Origin: Clostridia bacterium
Lineage (GTDB): Bacteria; Bacillota; Clostridia; Oscillospirales; CAG-272
Length of the DNA stretch: 64,000 nt
Assembly: GCA_017938205.1 (NCBI GenBank)
Contig: JAGBCA010000014.1
Span: 25,231 to 89,230 of the forward strand
Reading direction: 5' to 3'
Shown: piece after piece, positions 1-8,798 of the stretch
How the letters are laid out: every line of letters begins with the position of its first letter
Position numbering within the stretch: the stretch's first letter is position 1
The notes under the pieces: generated by a model
What the model saw: only the letters and a program-made list of their open reading frames with translations
The model's database searches: none
What the model was told of the DNA's origin: nothing
Made by a program: the position numbers and the translations under genes

Positions 1-721
1 GCAGGCCTACATTCTCTTCGGTGAGGACGAAAAGGGCAAGTATATTGCCGTTTCCGGCGATTACGAGCACAAGCGCTGCTATGAATACAACTACGTATTT
101 ACCCCCGAGTGCCGTCTCTACGAGGGCACGGGCGTGATGGAGATCACGGCGCATTTTGAGAACCGCAAGGATCTGCCGCTCGAATACTTCTATCTTTGCC
201 ATATCAACTACCGCCCTGTGGATGGCGGAAGACTTTTCTACACCGCGAAGCACAAGGACATCAAGGCGCACCACGAGGTTCCCGCCGGGTATCCGAAGGA
301 AAAGGAAACGAATGCATATCTTGCGCGCCTGGATGCGGATGCCTCCGTGATGGATGTGATCGACAGCAAGACACAGTCCTATGCGCCCGAGATCGTTTTT
401 ACCTGCAAGTATTTTGCGGACGATGAGGGAAATGCACACACGATGCAGCTTTTACCCGACGGATATGCAAGCTACGCATCCCACCGCCCTGAGGAGCTGC
501 CGCTCGGCATTCGCTGGATCTCGCGCACCGAGGACGAGGATGCACTCGGCATGATCCTTCCCTCCACCGCAGAGCATCTCGGCTACAAGTATTGTAAAAA
601 AATGGGCTACGAGAGAACCCTTGCAAAGGGTGAGAGCATCACCTATCATATGACGACGGGCATTCTCCCCCCCGATGCCGCCGAGGCGATGAAGAAGAAG
701 ATCAATGATTTAAATAAATAA
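1..721 (+). CDS. Aldose 1-epimerase-like / DUF4432-type protein, 5'-truncated by the window edge
   Basis: Frame 2 is open from the window start (QAYILFGEDEKGKYIAVSG...). It contains the YLCHINY motif and the GMILPSTAE segment typical of DUF4432/galactose mutarotase-like proteins. Confidence 0.65.
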   Translation, partial: QAYILFGEDEKGKYIAVSGDYEHKRCYEYNYVFTPECRLYEGTGVMEITAHFENRKDLPLEYFYLCHINYRPVDGGRLFYTAKHKDIKAHHEVPAGYPKEKETNAYLARLDADASVMDVIDSKTQSYAPEIVFTCKYFADDEGNAHTMQLLPDGYASYASHRPEELPLGIRWISRTEDEDALGMILPSTAEHLGYKYCKKMGYERTLAKGESITYHMTTGILPPDAAEAMKKKINDLNK

Positions 722-746
722 TTTCACATAAAGGAGAATTTTAAGC

Positions 747-1922
747 ATGGAAAACAGAATTTGCATTCCCCACGAGGAGTATCACGAGAGAATTGCGAAG
801 GCAGCCGCACTTGTGCGCGCAAGAGGCCTTGATGCAATGCTCGTTGTTTCCACCGAGTCCGACTACGCAAACGCAAGATATTTCTCTGGATTTTGGCCCC
901 TTTTTGAGAGAGCCGGCGTTGTGATCGGCGCAAACGGCGACGCTGCGCTTCTCGCAGGACCTGAGTCCGCGATCTTTGCAAAGGATCGCTCTCACATTGA
1001 CAAGGTATTCGTTCTTAAGGAATTCCGCGAGAGCGCAGACCCCTCCTATCCCGAGCTTCACGCTGACACCTTTGCCGACGTTTTCAAGGGTATCGGTATC
1101 ACCGGAAAGAAGCTGAAGATCGGTCTCGGCTCTTACGTTGAGTGCACCCTCCCCATCTACGAGGGACTGAAGGAGAGCTTCCCCGAGGCTGAGATCGTGA
1201 AGTGCTCCGACATCATGGTTACCCTCAGAAAGATCAAGAGCGTAAACGAGCTTGCCTGCATCAAGGAGGGCTTCCGCATCATCGATCTTGCTACCGACGA
1301 GGTCATCCGCAGATTGAAGCCCGGCGTGACCGAGCTTGAGATGGTTGGCGTTGCACAGCAGGTGATCTACGAGAACGGCGCAGAGTACGAGGGTCTTCCC
1401 ATGTACGTATTCAGCGAGGAATCCACCCGCCACGCCATCAGCCGCTCCTGCTACAGAAAGATCGGCAAGGGCGATATCGTTCAGCTCAACCTTTCCGCAA
1501 AGATCGACGGTTACTCCCCTGCAACCGGTATTCCCGTTGTTATGGGCAAGCTGGAGGGCGAGAGAAGAAAGCTGGTTGAATTCTGTAAGCGGGCACACGA
1601 CTGGACGACCGACAGAATCAAGGCCGGCGTGATGGCAAGCGACATCGCAAAGGACTTCTACAAGCTCTATGAGGAGAACGGCATGAAGGACAACTTCGTT
1701 TACGGCCCCTGCCACGGCACGGGTATGATCGAGGTTGAGGCTCCCTGGATGGAGACCATCAGCGATTATCCTCTTGAGGAGAACATGACCTTCCAGGTTG
1801 ACACCTTTATCTCCGGCCCGACCTTCGGCTGCCGTTGGGAAAAGGGTATCGCCGTTACCAAGGATGGCTGCACCTCTATGACCGATTATCTGAAGAAGGG
1901 CATCATCGAGCTTGATTTCTGA
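747..1922 (+). CDS. M24 (Xaa-Pro peptidase/creatinase fold) family protein
   Basis: Creatinase_N-like N-terminus (EYHERIAK...NARYFSGF), LRKIKSVNE linker, HGTG and RWE motifs, AAGGAG RBS. Confidence 0.85.
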   Translation: MENRICIPHEEYHERIAKAAALVRARGLDAMLVVSTESDYANARYFSGFWPLFERAGVVIGANGDAALLAGPESAIFAKDRSHIDKVFVLKEFRESADPSYPELHADTFADVFKGIGITGKKLKIGLGSYVECTLPIYEGLKESFPEAEIVKCSDIMVTLRKIKSVNELACIKEGFRIIDLATDEVIRRLKPGVTELEMVGVAQQVIYENGAEYEGLPMYVFSEESTRHAISRSCYRKIGKGDIVQLNLSAKIDGYSPATGIPVVMGKLEGERRKLVEFCKRAHDWTTDRIKAGVMASDIAKDFYKLYEENGMKDNFVYGPCHGTGMIEVEAPWMETISDYPLEENMTFQVDTFISGPTFGCRWEKGIAVTKDGCTSMTDYLKKGIIELDF

Positions 1923-1944
1923 TTCCGAAAGGATAACGTTTATT

Positions 1945-3063
1945 ATGAAAACGGTAGAAAAATACGGCGTTTCATTCAACTGCGGCGGAACGGCGCATAT
2001 TCAGGGGCTGATCGACGAAGCCGTGAAAAACGACACGCGCACTGCCACGGTCACAGGCAATTGGGACGTGGAGAGCCATATCTCGATTCCCTCGGATTTT
2101 ACGCTGATCCTTGACGGATGCTACTTAAAGATGGCGGATAACACCTTTGATAATATGTTCGTTAACCTCCATCACGGTACAGATATTGGCAAGACGGTTG
2201 CAGGGACGGACAGAAACATCCGCATCCTCGGCAAAAACGGTGCGATCATCGACGGAGGCACCTACAACGGACTTTCCGAGCAGAACAGCCGCAAGGACGG
2301 TATGCCGCCCGTTTATATGAACAATCTGATCTTTTTCACAAACGTGGATGGGATCGAGATGGCGAATTTTGCGCTTCACAACTTCCGCTGGTGGGCCGTG
2401 AACTTTATCTACTGCTCCAACGGATATATTCATGACATTACCCTCAAGGGCGATGATACCTGCACCGACAAGGACGGAAATGAATATCACGGTCTTTCGC
2501 TTGAGAATTACTTTGATATGCACATCCGCCAGGCCGATGGCATTGACATTCGCAAGGGCTGCCACCATTTTCTGATCGAAAACATTTACGGCTTTACAGG
2601 TGACGATACCGTTGCGCTGACCTGCCTGCCCGGGAAAATGGAAGCAGAATTTGCAGTGGAGGCGCTTGCGCCCGACCTCTCTCACATAATGGTGCGACAC
2701 GTGCATTCCGCTTCTCTTGACGCGGGTGTGCGCATTCTCTGCCAGGGCGGCACGACGCTTCACGACGTGATCGTGGACGACGTTGTGGATATTTCCGATA
2801 AGATTCCCGGCATTCTCGGAAGAGCGCTGCAGACCGTTCGCATCGGTGACAGTGACAAGATGTACGGCTCACGCCACAGCGAAGGACACGAGGTTTACAA
2901 CGTAACGGTGAAAAATATCCGCTCACGTGCAAAATACGCGCTGTATATCGCAGGCAACCCTATCAAAAATTTCGTATGCGAAAACGTTGTTGCCTTTGAT
3001 GGCGGCGAGATCGTAGACAACCGCTGGAAAGGCTACGAATTTACGGCAGGAAGAAAGGAATGA
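1945..3063 (+). CDS. Pectin-lyase-fold (right-handed beta-helix), GH28-like protein
   Basis: QADGIDI and TGDDTVAL match the GH28-like NTDG/GDD motifs; also IIDGG and repeating beta-helix strands. ATG at 1945 follows AAAGGA. Confidence 0.7.
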   Translation: MKTVEKYGVSFNCGGTAHIQGLIDEAVKNDTRTATVTGNWDVESHISIPSDFTLILDGCYLKMADNTFDNMFVNLHHGTDIGKTVAGTDRNIRILGKNGAIIDGGTYNGLSEQNSRKDGMPPVYMNNLIFFTNVDGIEMANFALHNFRWWAVNFIYCSNGYIHDITLKGDDTCTDKDGNEYHGLSLENYFDMHIRQADGIDIRKGCHHFLIENIYGFTGDDTVALTCLPGKMEAEFAVEALAPDLSHIMVRHVHSASLDAGVRILCQGGTTLHDVIVDDVVDISDKIPGILGRALQTVRIGDSDKMYGSRHSEGHEVYNVTVKNIRSRAKYALYIAGNPIKNFVCENVVAFDGGEIVDNRWKGYEFTAGRKE

Positions 3064-3069
3064 AATTTT

Positions 3070-3804
3070 ATGTATCTTGATAAATGCTTCCCTCGCGAGA
3101 TCGAGGCGGCAAAGAAGAACAAGACACCCGTGGTGCTGGTTGGCGGCACGGTGGAATACCACGGACCGCACTGCTCCTACGGCTGTGACACGCTCGTAGC
3201 GCAGGGACTGCTTGAAAAGCTCGCAGAAAAGAAGGATATCATCATTGCGCCCTCGATCAGCTATTCCCCTGCAAGCTGGGCCGTTGGCGGTGACACGAGC
3301 GGCACGGTTCATGTGGACGAGGTGGTTTTCGAGGAGTACGTATTCAACGTATTTATGTCGATGCTCTCTGCGGGACTGCGCAATATTTACGTGCTGATCC
3401 ACCATCAGTTTGAGCAGGAAAGCCTGATGCCGATGACGCTTTCCTATATGAAGGCGGCCAAGAGAGCTACCATGCGCTACCTTGAAAAGACCAAGGGCCA
3501 GGGCTGGTGGGGCTCCGAGAGCTATGCGGATTACTACGAGAACCTTGAGACCGACGATAACCCCTTTGCCTGGATCAAGGTGATCCCCACGATGAGCACA
3601 GAGGTGCAGAATGCGACCGGATACGATCACGCGGGCAAGTTTGAGTGCTCGATCCTGATGTCGCTCTACCCCGAGGCGGTTACGCTTGAAAGACTTCCCG
3701 AGATCAAGCATTGGTTTACCGAGAGCGCAAAGGAAGCGAACAAGGAGCTTGGCGACGAGATGGTGCGCCGCTCGCTCGAATATCTTGAAAAAGCCATCGT
3801 TTAA
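3070..3804 (+). CDS. Creatininase family amidohydrolase
   Basis: GTVEYHGPHCSYGCD (ExHGxH...D metal motif) and DHAGKFECS (HAGxxET/S). Confidence 0.85.
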   Translation: MYLDKCFPREIEAAKKNKTPVVLVGGTVEYHGPHCSYGCDTLVAQGLLEKLAEKKDIIIAPSISYSPASWAVGGDTSGTVHVDEVVFEEYVFNVFMSMLSAGLRNIYVLIHHQFEQESLMPMTLSYMKAAKRATMRYLEKTKGQGWWGSESYADYYENLETDDNPFAWIKVIPTMSTEVQNATGYDHAGKFECSILMSLYPEAVTLERLPEIKHWFTESAKEANKELGDEMVRRSLEYLEKAIV

Positions 3805-3813
3805 TTGGTTTTT

Positions 3814-3831
3814 TGCAAAGAATTGTTTGCA
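3814..3831. repeat. 18-bp near-palindrome TGCAAAGAATTGTTTGCA (copy 1 of 4)
   Basis: Read directly, 10 bp after the creatininase stop codon. Related copies at 26576, 36680 and 61160. Confidence 0.7.
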
Positions 3832-3837
3832 TATAAC

Positions 3838-3868
3838 AAAAAATCCCGACAAAATGTCGGGATTTTTT
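3838..3868. terminator. Bidirectional intrinsic terminator
   Basis: AAAAAATCCCGACA-aaa-TGTCGGGATTTTTT between convergent genes. Confidence 0.85.
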
Positions 3869-3870
3869 TG

Positions 3871-4677
3871 TTATTTTTCTTCAAAAAGCAAAATGTTTCT
3901 TTCAACGGTTTTTCGGCCGCGCCAGGCAAAGGCACGCTCTGAGAACGCCTCATCCGAAAGGGATGCAAGGATCTCGCCCGTGAGATACGGGATGCGTTGC
4001 TCTCGGAAAAAGGATATCGGGGTAAGCATCGGTGCACGATTATACGGGCAAGCGGTCTGACACAGATCACAGCCCCATACGGTGTTGTATTTTCGCATCA
4101 GGGCAATTTCGTTTTCCGAGAGTGTTCCCTTCTTTTGTGTAATGGCAGAAAGGCAATCCATGCTCTCGCCGCGCAAGACTCCTGTGGGGCAGGCGGCGCG
4201 GCATCTGCCGCAATGCTCGCAGGTACGGATCGGCTGCGGCGGCCTTGCACCAAGTGCCTCGGGAGGCAGATCGGTGATCACGTCTCCGATAAATACGTAG
4301 GTACCGTATTTTTCATGGATGATCAGTCCGTTATCCCCGAGGATACCGAGACCTGCGTGCAGGGCGGCGGTGCGCTCGGCAATGGGAGAATGATCTCCGT
4401 ATCCCTTGGCATGCGCTTCGGGATATTTTTCCTTGATACCAAAGATCAGCCGCTCCGTGATCTCCCTGATTGCAATATGATAGTCCTTTGCGGCCGCATA
4501 TCGGGAGAGATTTTCGGTTTCACCGGCGTAATAGGGCACCAAAAAAACGAGGATGCTTTTTGGCTTAAAATCCTCGCGCAAAAGCAGCTTTTCGTTGATA
4601 ATATCCACGTCTGCAATCGAAAGCGCACCGTAGGTATCGATAGAAAGTGATGTAAACAGTCGGTCCAACCACTGCAT
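3871..4677 (-). CDS. queG: Epoxyqueuosine reductase QueG-like protein (DUF1730 + 4Fe-4S)
   Basis: SRYA..DYH, AGLGILGDNGL, YGTYVFIG, CEHCGRCRAACP and WGCDLCQTACPYN. Confidence 0.75.
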   Translation of the reverse strand: MQWLDRLFTSLSIDTYGALSIADVDIINEKLLLREDFKPKSILVFLVPYYAGETENLSRYAAAKDYHIAIREITERLIFGIKEKYPEAHAKGYGDHSPIAERTAALHAGLGILGDNGLIIHEKYGTYVFIGDVITDLPPEALGARPPQPIRTCEHCGRCRAACPTGVLRGESMDCLSAITQKKGTLSENEIALMRKYNTVWGCDLCQTACPYNRAPMLTPISFFREQRIPYLTGEILASLSDEAFSERAFAWRGRKTVERNILLFEEK

Positions 4678-4710
4678 TCGTTGCTCTCCCTTCTTTTTCT
4701 CATTGCTTAT

Positions 4711-4776
4711 ATTATATAAAATTTCGCGCGCAAATGCAAGATATTTCTTGACTTTATTTGAAAAATGCGGTATACT
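4711..4776. promoter_or_regulatory. Divergent sigma-A promoter pair
   Basis: Plus strand TTGACT(4748)-17 bp-TATACT(4771); minus strand TTGCAT-17 bp-TATAAT (4739 to 4711). Confidence 0.6.
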
Positions 4777-4808
4777 GTATACGGATTTCTATCATTTTGC
4801 GAGGTGCT

Positions 4809-5066
4809 ATGAAAAAAACGGTACGCTATTCGGTTGACAGACGGGAGGGCGCGCTTCTCGTTCTGATCCCCGACGAAGGTCAAAAGGAGCTTTTGCTTGA
4901 TGCAAGCAAATACGACTTCTCTGTGAATGACGTTCTTGACGTGACGCTCGATGGGGAGACCGTTCTTGCGGTTATGCCCTGCAAAAAGGAGACGGACGAT
5001 CGCAAAGAGTCCATGAAAAATCGGCTTTCCGCACTTTTTGCCAAGGGAAAAAAGCCAAACGGCTGA
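4809..5066 (+). CDS. DUF3006 family protein
   Basis: YSVDRREGALLVL...NDVL...RLSALF pattern; GAGGTG RBS. Confidence 0.7.
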   Translation: MKKTVRYSVDRREGALLVLIPDEGQKELLLDASKYDFSVNDVLDVTLDGETVLAVMPCKKETDDRKESMKNRLSALFAKGKKPNG

Positions 5067-5114
5067 TCTTATTTCATTTTTCTTGCGCCGCATATGCGGC
5101 AGAACAGGAGGATT

Positions 5115-5891
5115 ATGTTCCATCTCAATCAAGGCGGTCTTTTTGCCGCCATTTGCGGCAACGGTGCAGACGTTGTGATCGAAAACGTGTTCATATTTTT
5201 CATGTTTATTCTGATCTCCATTATGGCGGGCTATCTGCTCGGCAGCGTGAACACGGCAATCGTGATCTCGAAGATCTTTTACAGAGACGATATTCGCAAA
5301 TACGGCAGCGGAAACGCCGGCATGACGAATATGCTCCGCACCTTCGGCGGCAAGGCGGCACTCGGCGTGCTTTTCGGTGATATTTTGAAAACTGCGCTTG
5401 CCATCTTTATCGGCGGCGTTCTCTTCGGCTTCGGCTACGTTGGCGGCTTCAGCATGGGCTACAGCAGCCAGCATATGATGTTCATGGGCGTTGGCACATA
5501 TACGGCAGGTCTTGCCGCCGTGCTCGGCCATATCTTCCCTATTTATTACGGATTCCGCGGAGGAAAGGGCGTTCTCGTTTCCGCAACGATGGCCCTCATC
5601 CTTTCTCCGATCCTTTTTGCGATCATGTTCGCTATATTCGTTCTGATCGTTGCTTCAAGCAAATACGTATCGCTCGGCTCTGTAACCTCCGCGATCCTCT
5701 ACCCCATTCTCGTGCACGGCTTCTTCGGAATGATCGGACTGACCACGCCGCCGACCATTTTGCTGATCGCCATCATGATCGCGGTCATCATCACGTTTGC
5801 GCACAAGGAAAATCTGAAGCGTATCGGCAATCGCACGGAGCGCAAGCTCTCCTTTAAGAAGAAAGAGAAAGAGCCCTCCGATGAAAAATGA
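5115..5891 (+). CDS. plsY: Glycerol-3-phosphate 1-O-acyltransferase PlsY
   Basis: YLLGSVN, DIRKYGSGNAGMTN, GHIFPIYYGFRGGKGV, HKENLKRI; AGGAGG RBS before ATG 5115. Confidence 0.95.
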   Translation: MFHLNQGGLFAAICGNGADVVIENVFIFFMFILISIMAGYLLGSVNTAIVISKIFYRDDIRKYGSGNAGMTNMLRTFGGKAALGVLFGDILKTALAIFIGGVLFGFGYVGGFSMGYSSQHMMFMGVGTYTAGLAAVLGHIFPIYYGFRGGKGVLVSATMALILSPILFAIMFAIFVLIVASSKYVSLGSVTSAILYPILVHGFFGMIGLTTPPTILLIAIMIAVIITFAHKENLKRIGNRTERKLSFKKKEKEPSDEK

Positions 5892-7056
5892 TTTTTTATG
5901 GCTTGCAATCGAAGCCTTTGATAAGGGCATTTTGAAAAAGCTCGTGTTCTCACGCCCGACCGCCGCAGAATTTCCCAAGATCAGCGGGCGCATGGTCAAG
6001 GGCGCAAAGGGCACGCTTCTTGCGCTGGAATATTCGCACGCGACGGGTACGGTTTCGCAAAAAAACATTGCCTTTGATGATCTTGAAAAAACGCTCTGCC
6101 CCCTTTTCGGCGGCTATGCGCAGATCAATCTTCTCACCACCCTCGGTGATGCCGAATATAAAAGAAAAAGCGACGGTGGGGAGATCCTTCTCGGCGCTGA
6201 CAAGTTAAAAAGAAAGCTTGCAGGCGGCACGGAAAATGCGCCGCAGGCCGCGATCGAGGCACTTGACCGCAAAAAAAATTATCTGATCGACGGAACGGAG
6301 CCTTATCTGTTTGCGCTCGGGATCAGCGACAAAAACGGCCGTGTGCACGATAAGATGCAGGGGAAATTCAGGCAGATCCACCGTTTTCTTGAAAACCTTT
6401 TGGCGATCTACGATGCGCTTCCCTCGGAAGGAACTTTGACCGTTTACGATCTTTGCTGCGGAAAGAGCTATCTCAGCTTTGCGGTGTACGATTATCTTAC
6501 GCGCGTGCTCTCGCGCAAGGTGGATATGCTTTGCGTTGACCTCAAGGCAGATGTGATCGATACCTGCAAGAAAACAGCGGAGACACTCGGCTATGACGGT
6601 ATGCGGTTTCTCTGCGAGGATATAAGAAAGCTACGCCCTACGGGCGAGGTACATCTCGTGATCTCTCTGCACGCCTGCGATATTGCAACCGACATCGTTC
6701 TGAAAACCGCCGTATCGATTTCTGCCAAGGCCGTGCTCTCCACCCCCTGCTGCCAGAAATATCTCAGCGCACGCATCCAAAGCAAGGCACTCGCCTTTGC
6801 CACCGAATACGGGCATCTGAACCGCAAGCTATGCGATGCGCTGACCGATGCGCTCCGCGCGCTTTATCTGAAAAAAGAAGGCTATCGCGTACAGGTCTGC
6901 GAGCTGACCGATCCGCAGGATACGCCGAAGAATACCCTGCTTCGTGCCGTGAAGGTGCGTACCTCTTGCGAACGATCGCAAAAGGAATACGATGCGGCGC
7001 TTGCCTTTTTGCTTGGCGAGCACGCAGACGAATATCTCAAGGAATTTGATCTTTAA
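5881..7056 (+). CDS. Class I SAM-dependent methyltransferase (Methyltransf_32-like)
   Basis: KFRQIHRF, DLCCGKSYLSF, SLHACDIATD, PCC, TPKN. Confidence 0.85.
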   Translation: MKNDFLWLAIEAFDKGILKKLVFSRPTAAEFPKISGRMVKGAKGTLLALEYSHATGTVSQKNIAFDDLEKTLCPLFGGYAQINLLTTLGDAEYKRKSDGGEILLGADKLKRKLAGGTENAPQAAIEALDRKKNYLIDGTEPYLFALGISDKNGRVHDKMQGKFRQIHRFLENLLAIYDALPSEGTLTVYDLCCGKSYLSFAVYDYLTRVLSRKVDMLCVDLKADVIDTCKKTAETLGYDGMRFLCEDIRKLRPTGEVHLVISLHACDIATDIVLKTAVSISAKAVLSTPCCQKYLSARIQSKALAFATEYGHLNRKLCDALTDALRALYLKKEGYRVQVCELTDPQDTPKNTLLRAVKVRTSCERSQKEYDAALAFLLGEHADEYLKEFDL

Positions 7057-7070
7057 CGAAAAGGCCTGCT

Positions 7071-7517
7071 ATGAAGGAAATATATCTGACGAATACGCCC
7101 GAGGAAACCGAGGCGGTTGGCGCACAGCTTGCAGAGGAGCTACTCTTTCGCGCACCGCACGGTGCGCTGATCGCGCTTGAGGGCGAAATGGGAGTTGGAA
7201 AAACCGCGCTTGTGCGCGGCTTTTGCGAGGCACTCGGCTTTCGCGGCGCAAAAAGCCCGACCTACACCATCGTGAACGAATACCCGGGGCGCGTGCCCGT
7301 ATTTCATTTTGATATGTACCGCATCGAGGACGAGGAGGATCTTTACGCCATCGGCTTTGAGGATTATCTTGCAAGGGATGGCTATCTCTTTCTCGAATGG
7401 AGCGAAAACGTGAAGGAAGCGCTTCCCTCACCGCACATCACGCTTCGCATCGAACGGACCGATATGGCAAGCGGCCGCCGCATCTGCCTTTCGGGAATGG
7501 AAGAAACTCTGAGGTGA
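7071..7517 (+). CDS. tsaE: tRNA t6A biosynthesis ATPase TsaE
   Basis: GEMGVGKT Walker A, SPTYTIVNEY, HFDMYRI, EW. Confidence 0.95.
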   Translation: MKEIYLTNTPEETEAVGAQLAEELLFRAPHGALIALEGEMGVGKTALVRGFCEALGFRGAKSPTYTIVNEYPGRVPVFHFDMYRIEDEEDLYAIGFEDYLARDGYLFLEWSENVKEALPSPHITLRIERTDMASGRRICLSGMEETLR

Positions 7518-7520
7518 ATT

Positions 7521-8228
7521 ATGATCTTAGCATTTGAAAGCACGGCCAAGGTCGCTTCCGTTGCTCTTTTACAGGGGGAGCGCGTGCTGGCCGAATATTC
7601 CGTTGACTGCGGACTCACGCAAAGCGAGCTTCTGCTCCCCATGGCAGAGCATTGCCTTGCCTCCGTGCACGCGGAATTTTCCGACGTTTCGGCGCTTGCC
7701 TGCACAGTCGGCCCCGGCTCATTCACCGGTGTGCGCATCGGCGTTGCCACCGTAAAGGGGCTTGCTTTTGGAAAAGATATTCCCTGCGTGGCGGTTTCCA
7801 CATTGGAGGCGTTGGCTGAAAACCTTCGCGGCCTTTGCGGTCTGATCGTTCCATGCATGGATGCAAGACGCAGCCAGGTATACAACGCACTCTTCCTTTC
7901 GGACGGAGAAAAAATCGAACGTCTGACGCCCGACCGTGCGCTCTCTCTGGATGCGCTTTGCGAGGAGCTGAAGGCTTACAGTGATAAGCCGATCTACCTC
8001 GTGGGGGATGGATACGGTGTGGCAGAAAGGCATCTTCGCCCGTGCGGCATTGCACTTTGCAATACACCCGTTGGCTTGCGAAACCAGAGTGCCGCAGCCT
8101 GCGCACGTGTTGCAAGGCAGAAGCTTGAGAGAGGCGAGGTTCTTACCGACCGCACGATCGCTCCCTCCTATTTAAGGCTTCCGCAGGCCGAAAGAGAACG
8201 CCTTGAAAAAGAAAAGGCAAGCCAATGA
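7521..8228 (+). CDS. tsaB: tRNA t6A biosynthesis protein TsaB
   Basis: MILAFESTA, GPGSFTGVRIG, DARRSQVY, PSYLRLPQAERER. Confidence 0.95.
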   Translation: MILAFESTAKVASVALLQGERVLAEYSVDCGLTQSELLLPMAEHCLASVHAEFSDVSALACTVGPGSFTGVRIGVATVKGLAFGKDIPCVAVSTLEALAENLRGLCGLIVPCMDARRSQVYNALFLSDGEKIERLTPDRALSLDALCEELKAYSDKPIYLVGDGYGVAERHLRPCGIALCNTPVGLRNQSAAACARVARQKLERGEVLTDRTIAPSYLRLPQAERERLEKEKASQ

Positions 8229-8281
8229 TTTTTAACATAAATACAAAAAACTATACATTTTTGCAAAGAAAGGCTTACATT

Positions 8282-8746
8282 ATGCTTAGAAAAAACATTT
8301 TCATCGGCGCAGACAGCGCGGGATTTAATCTCAAGGAAGAGGTAAAGGCGCACCTCGTTGATCTTGGCTACGTTGTCAATGACTGCGGCACGGATTCCAC
8401 CGCCTCCTGCCATTATCCCGATTATGCGCGCCACGTTTGTCTGAATCTGCAGCGCCAGCCGAAGGACTCCTGCTTTGGCATTCTGATCTGCGGCACGGGC
8501 ATCGGTATGTCCATGTGCGCAAATAAATTCAACGGCATTCGCGCCGCGCTTTGCTCGGATACCTATTCCGCAAAGATGACCCGCCGCCACAACGATGCCA
8601 ACGTGCTTTGCATGGGTGCGCGTGTGATCGGCTCTTGCCTTGCCATGGATATTGTGGATGCTTTCCTTGAGAATGAATTTGAGGGTGACAGACACGCGGT
8701 TCGTCTTGATCTGATGGCAAGAATCGAGGCTTCGCAGAAGGACTGA
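8282..8746 (+). CDS. rpiB: Ribose-5-phosphate isomerase B
   Basis: GILICGTGIGMS, RRHNDANVL, FEGDRHAVR. Confidence 0.92.
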   Translation: MLRKNIFIGADSAGFNLKEEVKAHLVDLGYVVNDCGTDSTASCHYPDYARHVCLNLQRQPKDSCFGILICGTGIGMSMCANKFNGIRAALCSDTYSAKMTRRHNDANVLCMGARVIGSCLAMDIVDAFLENEFEGDRHAVRLDLMARIEASQKD

Positions 8747-8755
8747 TTTTCCCCT

Positions 8756-8795
8756 ATAAAAAAACGGACAGATCGATGATCTGTCCGTTTTTTTA
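8756..8795. terminator. Bidirectional intrinsic terminator
   Basis: AAAAAAACGGACAGATC-gat-GATCTGTCCGTTTTTT between convergent genes. Confidence 0.85.
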
Positions 8796-8798
8796 TTC

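Noticed and set aside
741-1979. Long antisense ORFs (741-1979, 9282-10748, 16571-17725, 34562-35785, 40701-42623, 51206-52288, 61309-62433 and others)
   Set aside because: They mirror well-supported genes on the opposite strand and show no recognisable motifs; this is expected from codon bias.
7071-8746. tsaE-tsaB-rpiB without tsaD/rimI
   Set aside because: Split tsa clusters are common in Clostridia; no evidence of anything unusual.
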